NCBI GenBank assembly: GCA_964545715.1
Contig: CAZJHX010000029.1
Coordinates: 6,215 to 70,214, forward strand
Source of the DNA: an uncultured Myxococcales bacterium
GTDB lineage: Bacteria > Myxococcota_A > UBA9042 > GCA-2863065
DNA length: 64,000 bases
Reading direction: 5' to 3'
Shown here in pieces: positions 7,120 through 19,100 of this stretch. The notes beneath the pieces are model-generated. The model ran no database searches, had not been told where the DNA came from, and saw nothing but the letters and a program-made list of their open reading frames with translations. The position numbers and the translations under genes were made by a program. The number at the start of each line of letters is the position of its first letter. Within the stretch, counting starts at the first letter, position 1.

Positions 7120-10100
7120 ATGACCCCTGAAGACCTGTCTTCAGCCATCGCGACTCTACAGGCGTTGGCAAAGAAGAAGGACGCCGCAGGCCTGATCGAA
7201 AAGGCTGCGAGCGGTCCCGGAGCACTGCGCCGCCGTGCGTTGGACGCGCTCGTCCAACTGGGTCCCAAAGCCTCAAAAACGCTGGCCGACAAGGCCGCCA
7301 AAGGGGAGCCGCCCGAGCGCGCAGCAGCCATTGCAGCCATCGGATTGGCCGCGGGCAAGAACGCGGTCAAGCTGCTGTCAAAAGCCCTGACCGACGACGA
7401 TGTGGGCGTGCGCCGCGAGGCCGCGCTGGGCCTGGGACGGGTCGGTGACGACAAGAGCGTCAAGGCGCTGAACACCGCGCTGGAGGACACCTCGCCCAGC
7501 GTCCGTGCGTCCGCAGCGTGGGCCCTCTCACAGGTCGGCGGCGGCAGCGCCAAGGGACTGCAGCGCCTCGCCGGCTCCCGGTACGTGACCCTGCGGGCCA
7601 GCTCGCTGGCCGCTCTAGCGCGCGCGGGCGTGGACGACGTCGACGATGAGGTGATCGACGGCAGCCTGGCCGACGGGTCACGCGTCGTACGCCGCAACGC
7701 CGTGGCTCTGGCGTCCCTGCAGAATGTGGGCGCCTCCGCCCGGCTGCATCACTCGCTCAGCGACCGCTGCCCACTGGTTCGCCGCGAGGCGGCCGGCGGG
7801 TTCAAGGCCCCGGACGACGCGATCGAGAACGCCCTGGTCAGCCTGCTGCACTCCGATCCGGACCCCGAGACGCGCCGCGCCGCCGTCCGCAGCCTCGGCA
7901 GCCGCACCAGCGAACGCGCCCGAGACATGCTGGCTCGCGCGCTGGTCGACGACGACGACGCCGTGCGCCGCGAGGCCTCCCGGGTCCTGGAGGGCGATGG
8001 GACCAAGGAAGAGCAGCTGGTCGCCCGTCACTGGGTGCAGCAAGAGCGCTGGGACCGATGCCTCGAGGCCGGTGAGACCGCCGTGCCGGCCCTGCTGGAG
8101 GCCGCCGCCGCCCCCTCCCGGACACGCCGGGACGTCAACAACCGCATTCACGCCATCGGCGTGATCGGCGCTCTTGGGGCCAAGGCCGCGGTGAAGACCC
8201 TGCTGGCGCAGCTCGGCGAGCAAGACGGCCGTGTCCGGGCTGCGTGCCTGCAGGCGCTGGCGCAGATCGGCGACAAGAAGGCTCACGACGCGGCCCAGAA
8301 GCTGACCGCGGACCACGACGCCGCTGTTCGAGGTGCGGCGGCGCTGTGCCTCGGCGCGCTGGGCACCGACAAATCCGCCCAGTGGATCGAGCCTCTGCTC
8401 GCCGATTCAGACCCGGGTGTGCGCCGTGACGCGGTCCGCGCGCTGGGCCGGCTCGGTGCGCTGGACGTGCTCAGCGAGCTGACCCGTGCGCCTGAGCCGG
8501 ACATCCGGGCCGAGGCGATGGGCTTCCTGGGCGCCACGGGCAGCCTGGACGCGCTGGAGCCCGTGCTGATGCGCCTGGGCGACCCGGACTCCGCCGTACG
8601 ACAGGCCGCAGAGGCGGCGCTGCGGTCGCTGAGCTGGCTGCCGGTCGGGCTGCCGTCGGGTGCGCCGGGTGCAGGCTTCAGCCGATGGATGTCACGCCGG
8701 GACTGGGTCGAGGACAAGGACAAGCGCGACGCCCTGACCGTGCTGCGCGATGGGCTGAAGCACAAATCGCCGGCGTATCGCCGCGCGGCGATCGAAGCGC
8801 TGGAGGCGGAGCGAGACCTGGACGCGCTGCCGGCGCTGCGCAAGAGCCTGGACGACCCGGACGCCGACGTCCGCCTGACCGCGGCGATCGCCTGCGTGGC
8901 GCTTGGGGAGGCGACCGGCAAGGGGCCGGCGTGGGCGGCGTATCACATTCACAAGGGGCGCTGGGACGGCGCGGCGGCGCTGGGCGCGGATGCGGTACAG
9001 GCGCTCAAGACCCCGCTGGCGGCGCAGCGACCGTCGCACCGGCGCGAGGCGGCGCTTGCGCTGGGCAAGACCGGCGAGCTGGCCGCCGTGGAGCCGCTGC
9101 TGGGCGCGCTGGAGGACCCTGAGGACCCGGTTCGGCTGGCCGCGGTGCAGGCGCTGGGAGTCCTGGCGCGGACCGCCAAGAAGGCGCCGGTGGCGGACAT
9201 CGCGACGGCACTGGCGCAGCGGCTGGACGACGCGGCACGCTCTGTGGGCGACGAGGCGATCGTGGTGCTGGTCGACATGGGCAAGCCCGCCATCGACCCG
9301 GCGCTGGCGGCGCTGACCCAGCTTCAGGGGGCGGGGCGCGCGGGCGCGGCGGCGGTGCTGGGCGGCCTGGCTCACAAGCCGGCGGCCGGTGCGTTGGCGT
9401 TGGCCCTGGCTGACGACGACTCGCCGGTAGCGCGCGGAGCCTGTGCCCGGGCGCTGGGCGCCATCGGGGATAAGAAGCAGGTGCCGGCGCTGATCGGGGC
9501 CCTGGCGGACCGCTTCTACGGCGTGCGAGAGGCGGCTGCCGAGGCGCTGGGCGCGTGCGGCTGGAAGTCCGATCCCGCCGTATTGGCCGTGGCCGACAAC
9601 CTGGCTAAGGAGCGCTGGGAGTCGCTGTGGGATGCGCCGCCCAAGAGCGTGGGCGTGCTGCTGGCGTGCCTGGCGGACCCGTCGCGCAATCCGCTGTCCA
9701 ACCGACGGCGAGCGCGCGTCGCCGAAGCGCTGGGCCGCATGGGCGCCAAGGACGCAGCCGGCGCGCTGCGAGGTGTTCTAGGCGACATGATCCAGGAGGT
9801 GCGCTGGGAGAGCGCCAAGGCGCTAGCCCGCTTGGCCGACGCCGACAGCGTGCCCGCCCTGACCGCCGCGCTGCAGCACGCAGATCCTGAGACCACGCGG
9901 CAGGCCACCATCGCGCTGGGCGCCATGGCCGGCCAGGCGGCGGACGATGGGCTGGCGCTGGCCCTGACCAACGCCTTCGGGCCGACGCGGATGCACGCCG
10001 CCGTTCTCCTCGGAGAGCGCGGCGTCGACAAGGCGGCCGCCGGCCTGGTGGAGCGCCTGGACGACACACACGCGCCGACCCATGAGGCAGCGGAGATCGC

Positions 10101-13100
10101 GCTGGCGGCGCTGGCGGACAAGGCGCTGGCCGCGCTCAGTGCGGCGACCACCGCGACCAGCACGCAGATTCGGCGCACCGTCGCGCGGCTGCTGCGCCCG
10201 TTGAAAGACGCGGGCCAAGCACTGACGACGATGCTGGCCGACGGGGACGCGCAGGTCCGGCGCACGGCGGCGCATGCGGTCGGTGAGCTGGGCTACGCGG
10301 ACGCCCTGGCCGGCCTCTTTGTGCTGGTGCGCGACGGCGATGCCGACGTCCGGGCGGCGGCCGTGCTGGCGACCGCTCAGCTGAAGGGGTCGCGGTATAC
10401 GGTTGGGCGCGCGATGGCCGATCCGGCCTCCGACGTGCGCGGCGTGTCGCGCAAAGCCCTGGAGGTCCTCGGCCAGCCCGCGACTGAAGACGAGCTGGCG
10501 ATCGCGGACGCCGTAGGCCGCGGGGACGTGGACGCCGCCGCCGAGGCCGGCGAGCTGGGCCACGCCATGCTGGCACACGCGCTGACCACCCGGCGCGCAT
10601 CGCCGGCGTACAAAGCCAAGGTCTGCGCGCGCCTGTTGGGCTCCGCGCTCCCCGACTCCCTGGATGCGCTGGCCCTGGCCCTGGAGACCGGCGAGCAGGA
10701 CGTGGCGGTCGCGGCGGCCGAGGCGCTGGCGGATCCGTGCGCCGCGCAGTACTGGGACCGCATCGCTGCGATGACGCCCTTTGGCCGCGGCCCGGTGCGC
10801 GCCGCGGCGCTTCACGCTCTGGGCGGCATCGACCCCAAAAAGGCCGCGAGCGCGCTTATCGAGGGCGCCGCCGACCTTGAGCCCATCGTGCGCGTGCGCT
10901 CCACACAGGCGCTGGCGACCGTGAAGGGCAAGCCGTCGCAGGCGGCCCTGCTGTCGGGGTTGACTGACAAGCTGGCGCCGGTCAGGCGGGCGGCGCTGGG
11001 TTCGCTGGCCGCGCACGGCGACGGTGCGGTGATCTCACCCGTGCTGGCGCGGTTGAGCGACACGGACGGCGCCGTGGTGGCGGCGGCCAGAGCCACGGTC
11101 ACTGCGCTGGCGCCGAAAGCCCTCGCGGCTCTCATGGACGCGGTCATCACCGAGACGACGGCCGCGCGCCGGATGGCGGCGCAGGTGCTGGCCATCGACA
11201 AGAAGGCGATCGACTCGCTGGCGAGCGCCCTCCACGACGCCGATCCCCCCGTGCGCCGTCACGCGGCTGATGCGCTGGCCACGATCGGCAAGCCGGTGCT
11301 CAAGAACGACCGCGCGGTCGCGGCGCTGACCCAGTGCATCTGGGATGAGAGCTCCATGGTCCGCGCCGCCGCGGTCCGGTGCATGGGCGTGATCGGCGCC
11401 AAGAGCGCTGCCGTGGTGGGCGCCCTGGCGGATCAGGACGACACGGCCCGCGAAGAGGCCGGCACGGCGGTTCGCGCGCTCAAGCTGAAGACCTCCGCGG
11501 AGCTGATCAACGCGGCGGAGACGCTGCCGGTGGGCCTGAAGCTCGCCCCGGCGCTGGACCTGCGGGCCGAGGGTGTGCCGCTGGTCGGCCATGCGGTTCG
11601 GACCTACCGCGGCCTGCAGGACGAGAAGCTGGCGGCCATGGCGGCCATGGGCGAGATGCACGCCGCCGAGGCCATCGAGGTGCTGGTGGTCGGCCTGCGG
11701 TTCGACCTGGCCGAGATGCGTGTGGAGGCCGGCAAGGCGCTGGACGGCCACCCGCACGTCAAAGCCGCGACCGAAGCGCTGGTCGAGGCGACGCAGGACA
11801 GCGATGCGAGAGTCCGCGCGCTGGCGCTGAGCGCGCTGTCCGGGGCGGACGCGAAGATCGCGATCCCGCTGCTCGAGGCCGCGCTGCACAGCCCCGAAAA
11901 CGGGGTCCGTGAGGCAGCCGCGCGCTCGTTGGGGCGGATCCCCAAGGCCAGCCCGGGCCCGCTGGTGGCCGTGCTCTCCGATCGGGTCCCCGAGGTCCGT
12001 CGCGCGGCCGCGCGATCCCTGGGCGCTCTGGAGAAGGGCAGCGACGCGGTCACCGAGCTGCTACAGCGCTTTGAGGACGACGACCAGCAAGTGCGGGAGG
12101 CGGCGGTCGCGTCGCTGGCCGACCTGATCGAGGGCGCGCGGCAGACTCTGATCGACGCGATCGGCACCGGCTCTCCCGAGCTGCGCCGCAACGCGGTCCG
12201 GGCGCTTAGTGGTGACAAGGCCGCGGCCGCGCAGCTGATCGAGTGTCTGCACGACGGCGACACCGCCATTCGCTTGAGCGCCGTGCGCGCCGTGGGCCGA
12301 CTGGGCATCGACGCGATCGAGCCGGTGGTCTCTCTGCTGCACGACGAGGACGCGGAGGTGCGCAGCGACGCGGCGGTTGCGCTGGGACGCCTGAAGGGCC
12401 CGGCGGCGGTGCTGATCGGGGCGCTGGCGGACCAGGATACCGGGGTCCGGATCGGCGCCGGCGGCGCGCTGCACGCCCTGGGCACGCAGCCCACGGCCGC
12501 CCAGCAGGACGCGGCGCGTGGACTGCGCGAGCGTCAGCTGTTCAAGGCGACCGACCTGGCCGACGATGGAACCGCGCTGATCGCACACGTGCTGTGGAAC
12601 GACCTGGCAGGCGGGCTGGTGTGGCGCCGCTCCCTGGCCACGGCGCTGTCGGGTCGCCAAGATCCGGTGGCGATGACCGCGCTGGCGGGCGCAACCACGG
12701 ACACCGACCCGGCCATGCGCGTGCTGGCGTGCCAGGGGCTCGGCCATCCCGCCGCCAAGCCATGGTCTCCGGCGCTGCTGGAGGCGTGTCGGGACCCGGC
12801 CGCCGAAGTCCGCCAGGCGGCGCTGTTGGCGGTGGCCGCATCCACGCCCGTCGACGGCGCCGGCGTCATGCTGGCTGGTCTGAGCGATCCCGACGGCGCG
12901 GTGCGGGCGACGGCCGCGACTGCGCTGGGCAACGCGCGCTGCATGGACGCGCTCAACCGGCTGGCGACAGCGGTTCAGGGCGCGGATCCGTTGCTTGCGG
13001 CCGCTGCGGCAGAGGCGATCGGCAGCATGGGCCCCGAGGCGCTGCCGACCCTGAGAGAGGCGCTGAAGACGGATCGGGTGGACGTGCGCCTGGCGGCCAT

Positions 13101-16100
13101 CCGCGGACTGGCGCTGCAACCGGACGCGGTGCCCGACCTGACCGCATGTCTGGACGATCCCGATGAGACCGTTCGCGCCACCGCGGCCGATGCGCTCACC
13201 GAGCCTGCCGACGCGACCCTGACGCGCCTTATCGCCTTGACGTCGACCGATCCGGACGCCGGTGTTCGGGCGGCGGCCGTGCGCGCCCTGGGTCGCAGCA
13301 AGGACGACGCCGTCCGGGCGCCGATTATGAGCGCGCTGGGTGACCGCGCCCCGCAGGTCCAGCGCGCGGCCGGTGAGTGTCTGCGCCCCGAGGACGCCGG
13401 CATCGCCCCGGTGCCGGCGTGGATCAACCACGTCTTCTGGGACCGCTTGATCGGTCTGGGCGAGCCGGTCATCGCCGCGCTCGTGCGCGTGGCGGCGCAG
13501 CCGGCGGAGGATGACGGCGGCAAGCGCGCGGGCGCCGTACGGGCGCTGGTCAGCGTGGCGACGGCGGGCGGTGATCAGAAGGTCAGCGCAGGCGCACGTG
13601 ATGAAGTCATCGACGCGCTGCGCGGCCATCTGGACGATAGGACGGTCGCGGTGCGGCACGCGGCCGCGCTGGGCCTGGGGGCGCTGCAGGACAAGGCGTC
13701 GATCGGGTCACTGGCCATGCGCTTTGGCCGAGCGGATGACGCCGACCGACGCGTGCTGGCACAGGCGCTGGCCATTTTGGAGGCGGCCGAGGCCCTGGCG
13801 GCGGCCGTGACCGACGAGGACTCCGAGGTCCGACTGGCGGCGGCGCGCGGCGTGACCGCCCCGAGCCACCTGAGCACGCTGCTGGCGGACGCGGTCGCCG
13901 ACGTGCGCGCGGCGGCGGCTGACCGCATGGCGGCGCTGGGCCTGTTGGACGAGCTGCAGCGGGCCGCGGGCGACCAACAGGCCATGGTGCGACAGGCGGC
14001 GGTGTGGGGTTTGGGCGGTGTCGGGGGCAAGGCGGAGAAGACGCTGCTGCCGATGCTGGCCGATGCGGACGCCCGGGTGCGCCTGGCCGCGGTCGACGCC
14101 TGTGCCCGTCTGGCGCTTGTGGGGTCCGCCGAGACGATCGCCGGGCTACTGACCACCGACACCGCCGACGGCGTCCGCATGGAGGCGGCGCGCGCGTTGG
14201 AGACGCTGGCTGCGGGACGCAAGCCCAAGAAAGGCGAGAGGGACCCGGCGGCGTGGGCGCTGGAGCTGGCGCTGGTCGATCAAGACGCCGATGTGGGTCG
14301 GGCGGCGACCGCGGTGATGCACGCGCTCGGCCTCTCGCCGGCGTCCACAACGGCCGCCATCGCCGACGCGGTGTTGTACGAGCGGTGGCGCAAGCTGCCC
14401 GAGATCGGGCTGGACATCGTGCCGTTCTGCGCGCGCATTCTGGCCGAGAAGAACCTGGATCCGCGCTCCGTAGGACGCCGGACCGGAGCGGCCGTCGCCC
14501 TGGGGGATCTGGAAGATGCCGCCGCATTTGACGCCCTGGCGCACGCGGCTGGTGATGGTGCGACCCGGGTGCGCGAGGCCGTCGCGTACGCTGTAGGCCG
14601 GCTTGGGGAGCCCCGCGCTGCCGAGGTGCTGGCCGATCTGATGACCGACCCCAACCCAGCGGTTCGCGAAGCGGTCTGCCGCGGTTGTCGACCGCAGGGT
14701 GGCGAGGCGGTCGTCGCGATCTTGTCCAGCCTGATGGAAGACGCCGAGCGGGCGGTCCGCATCGCTGCCTGTGTCGCGCTGGCCGGACCCAAGACCTTCG
14801 CGCTGGACAAGGTTGTGGAGATGCTCACCGACCGTGAGCCCGAGGTCCGAATCAAGGCTGCAGGGCTCATCGCGGAGATGGGCGACCCGGCGGGAATTCA
14901 GCCGCTGATCGACGCGCTGGGCGACGCGTACGCCCATGTTCGCTACCACGTGCGCAAGGCGCTGCTGGCGCTGGGTTGGACGCCGGTCGGGTACAAGCAC
15001 GACGCGGACGACAAGGGCTATGCGGTCTGGACCAGCCACGGCGAGTGGGACGGCCGCGCCGAGGGCCCGTCCGAGCGGCTGATGCTGGAGGCGGGGCTCA
15101 GCGATCCCAACCCGGTCGTGCGACGAACGGCGGCCGAGGGCCTGGCGGAGCTGGGCGACGTGAGCAGCGCGGAGGCGCTGACGGCCGTGCTGACCGACCC
15201 GGACCGAGACGTGCGGCGGGTTGCGGCGCGCGCGCTGGAGTCGCTGGCCGCGACTCCTCCGTCTCGCGAGCTGCTGGCGGTTCAGTTGGTGGAGATCGGA
15301 AAGATCGCGGAGGCGGTCAATCAGTGTGGCGACGCGGCCGTGGCGCCGCTCGTGCGCGCACTGGCCGAGACTGACGACGGACCGCGCGCAGCGGCCGCGT
15401 GGGGCATTGGGCTGCTCAGCCTGGCCGAGGCGGGCGACGCCGGGACCGACGCCCTGAGGGCCGCTCTTGTCGACGCCGGGCCGGGCGTGCGACAGCAGGC
15501 GACTGAGGCGTTGGGGCGGCTGGGCGCCCAGGTGGCGGCAGCCGATATCGCCGAACGCCTGGCGGACGATGACGCGTCTGTCAGAGGGGCGGCGACCACC
15601 GCGCTGCTGGCCCTGGGCACCGACGGCACGGAGCAGCTCTTCGGCGGTTTGAGCGCGGAGTCCTCGCTGGCCCGGGCAGCGGCGGCGGAAGGCGTCAGCG
15701 CGCTGAAGACCGGGGCCAAGACCGCCGAAGCGCGCCTGATCGAGCTGCTGAGCACTGACCCCGGACACGCGGTCCGGGCGGCGGCTGCAGCGGCGATCGC
15801 GGAGATCCCGACGGATCCGGCTGCCCAGGCGCTGGGCGCGGCGCTGGCGGCGGACGACTCCGAGGTCGTGCGCGCTCGCATCATCGCGGCGCTGGACGCC
15901 AACACGCAGGAGGGCGCGAGCGGCCTGAGCCCGGCTCACGACGCCGTTCAGCCGGCTCTCATCGGGGCTTTGAGCGACGAGTTCGGCTCGATTCGAGAGG
16001 CGGCCCTGAAGGTGCTGCAGGCCGTCGGCTGGACTCCCGAGGGCCCGGAGATCCAGGCAGCGATGCTGATCGCCAAGGGCGACTGGCGCGGTGTCGTCGC

Positions 16101-19100
16101 ATGCGGCGAGGCCGCAGCGCCGATGCTGGCTCGCGTGACGCAGGAGAGCGGCAACGAGAAGCTGAGCGTGCTGCGCCGAGCGGGGGCCCACTCGGCGCTG
16201 GGCAACATCGGCGGCGCGGTCGCAGCGGAGGCAGTGCTGGCCGGCCTCAGCGATGTCGGCGGACCGGCCCGTGCCGAAGCGGCGCGTGCGGCCGGCGCCA
16301 TGGGTCTGAAGCCGGCAGCCGACGTGCTTATCGCGCTGTTGGACGACCCGATCGACGACGTGCGGCGTACGGCGGCCTCCGCATTGGGCGCGCTGGGCCA
16401 CAAGCCCGCCGCGGTCCGCCTGGAGGAGCTGGCGCTGGGCGATCGCGATCCGGGCACCCAGGCCGCCGCAGCCACGGCGCTGGCGGCGATCGGCGTGACG
16501 TCGGTACTGATCAAGCGGCTGGCCGATCCGGACGTCTCGGTACGGCTGACCGCGGCACAGACGCTGGGGGACCTGGACGATCCCGCCGCGATCGACCCGC
16601 TGATCCAGGCGATGGGCGACTCGGTCGCGACAGTGCGGGCGGCGGCTGCGGCGGCGTTGGAGAAGCTGCACTGGGTGCCGATCGGCTTCCGGGCGCAGGC
16701 CGCGGACACCGGTTACTCGCGCTGGCTGACCCGCACGGAGATCGTCTCGCGGTACAAGCCGGATGCCCCCGCTGAGGCCATTCTGGCCGGGGAGCTCAAG
16801 AGCGAGGATGCCGCAGCCCGCCGCTGTGCGCTGGAAGCAGTCGCCCGCGCACGGATCACGGCGCACGTGCCGCCGGCGTTGGGGCTGTTGGACGACGCCG
16901 ACCGCTGGGTTCGGGCGGAAGCTGCCGAGACGCTGCGTATTCTGGACGCCACGCCGACCGAGGGCGTGCCGGCCGCGCTGGCACGCGTGGCGATGGGCGA
17001 CATGGACGATGCTGCGGCGTTGGGTGAGATCGCAATCGCCCCGCTGGCCCGCGCGCTGGCCGAGCATGCTCCGAACGATCGCCGGCGTGCTGCCACCGCG
17101 CTGGGCGGGCTGAGCGGCAAGGCCGTCGCGGCAGCGCTCTCAGCTGGGCTGAGCGATCCACAGGCAGAGGTGCGCGAGGCCGTTGCGGCGGCGATGGGTC
17201 GGGCAGGCGTCGGCGTGAAGACGCTGCCGGCAGCGCTGGGTGATGCCGAGGCGCGAGTCCGGCTGGCCGCGGCCGCAGCGCTGGCGACTCAAGGCAAGGA
17301 CGGTGTCGCGGCGCTCGCGAGCGCGTGCGGGGATGCGGTGGGCGACGTGCGCGCGGCCGCAGCAACCGGCCTGTCGGGAGTCGCGACGTCGGCACACCTG
17401 ACCGTGCTGAGCGGCCTGCTGGCTGACGACGCCGACTCCGCCGCACGGGCGGCCGCGGCGCGGGCGCTGGGCGGCCTGGGCAAGGACGCCGCCGAGGCGC
17501 TGTCGACGGCGCTCGCGGGCGACTGGGACGAGAGCGTGCGCGCCGACGCAGCCACCGCGCTGGGTCAAGCCGCGGGTGCGGACGGCAGAGACGCGCTGAT
17601 CGGCGCGCTGGGCGACCGGTTCGACGCCGTTCGCAGCGCCGCTCTGACCGCACTGGAGTCGACGGGCTGGCGCGCCGAGGGCGCGATCGCCCAGGCGCTG
17701 GTGGCGCTGGCGCATGAAGACTGGCGCACCATGGGCTCGGTCGGCGCGCCGGCGGTCCCGCTGCTTGTCAAGGTCGCCGCGGAGACGGGCGACGACCTCG
17801 GCAGCATAGAGCGGCGCGTGGGCGCGCTGGATGCGCTGGCCGAGATCGGCGGCGAGACGGCGGTCGCGACGCTGACGAGCGCGCTCGTCGACACGGCCGG
17901 GCCGGTGCTCAGGGCCGCATTGCGCGGCATCGGTCGACACGCCAACCTGGTGGATCGCGCAGTGCTGCCGACGGTCCGTTCGATGCTCGTGGACGACGGA
18001 CGGACGCAGGTCCGCGTGTCAGCCGCTATCGCCATGGGGCGGCTGGGCGACAAGGAGGCGGCGGCGCTGCTGACGACGGCCGCTGTCGACGACCCCGATC
18101 CCCACGTCCGCCTGGCCGCCGCCACCACGCTGGCCGATCCCAGCATCAAGGTCATCGGGCTGCTGGTCGCCCAGCTGTCCGACCCCGACCCGGCCGTCCG
18201 CTCCGGCGCCGCAGCCGGGCTGGGGCGCAGCGAGAACCTGGACGCGGTCGATCCGCTGATCACGACCCTGGGCGACGCCACGGTCAGCGTGCGCCAGACG
18301 GCCGCCGACGCGCTGATCAACCTGGGCTGGACCACGATCGGCGTACGCCAGGCGTCATCCGACGCGGGGGTGAGCCGCTGGCTGACCCGCACGGAGCTGA
18401 CGGAGCGATACGGCGCCGACGCCACAGTGACCCAGCTGCTGCTGGGCGAGCTGGCCCACGCGGACGACACCGCGCGACGCGGTGCGGTGGAGGCCATCGG
18501 TCGCGGTTATCACACCGACCTCAGCGAGCCGGTCACCGAGCGCCTCGACGACGTCGACCGCTACGTGCGCCGCGAGGCCGCGGAGACCCTGGCCCGCTTC
18601 GGCAAGCTGCCCACGCCGGATCAATGGCGCGTGCTGGGCACTCCCGACGCCGAAACGCCGACGCTGGGCCCGGCCGCATTGGCACTGGCCGCGGTGGCGA
18701 TGGGCAAGATGTCGCTGGCGGCGCGGCTCGGTGCTGACAGCGTCGCGCCGCTGGGCCGTGCGCTGATCGAGCACGACGGCCGCGAGCGACTGCACGCGGC
18801 GCAAGCGCTGGGCAGCATGGCCGCAACCCCGCCCGCGGACGCCAAGGCAGCAGCGGCGCTTGGCGCCGGTATCATCGGCGCGCTGCGTCCGGGACTGAAC
18901 GACGCCGAGGTCGGCGTCCGAGTGGCCGTCGCCGAGGCGCTCACCGCATCGGTGGCGTTTGGCGGTGGCGACAAGGCGCTGGCCGAGATCGCAAGCGGAC
19001 TTGGCGACGCGCTCCGCGACTCGGAGCTGCAGGTCCGGCAGGCGGCGGGTGGCGGGCTGGCCTCCGTGGCCAAAGCGGGTCTCGCCACGCTGGAGAGCGC

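Noticed and set aside
14146-17067. Very long antisense ORFs opposite the giant gene (for example 973 aa at 14146-17067, 870 aa at 42445-45057, 935 aa at 51952-54759, and dozens of 100-600 aa ones on both strands)
   Set aside because: Their translations are Arg/Gly/Pro/Ala-rich nonsense with no periodic motif or low-complexity pattern. They mirror the sense-strand HEAT periodicity, as expected for shadow frames of a GCN-rich, very high-GC3 gene. Stop-poor antisense frames are a composition artefact.
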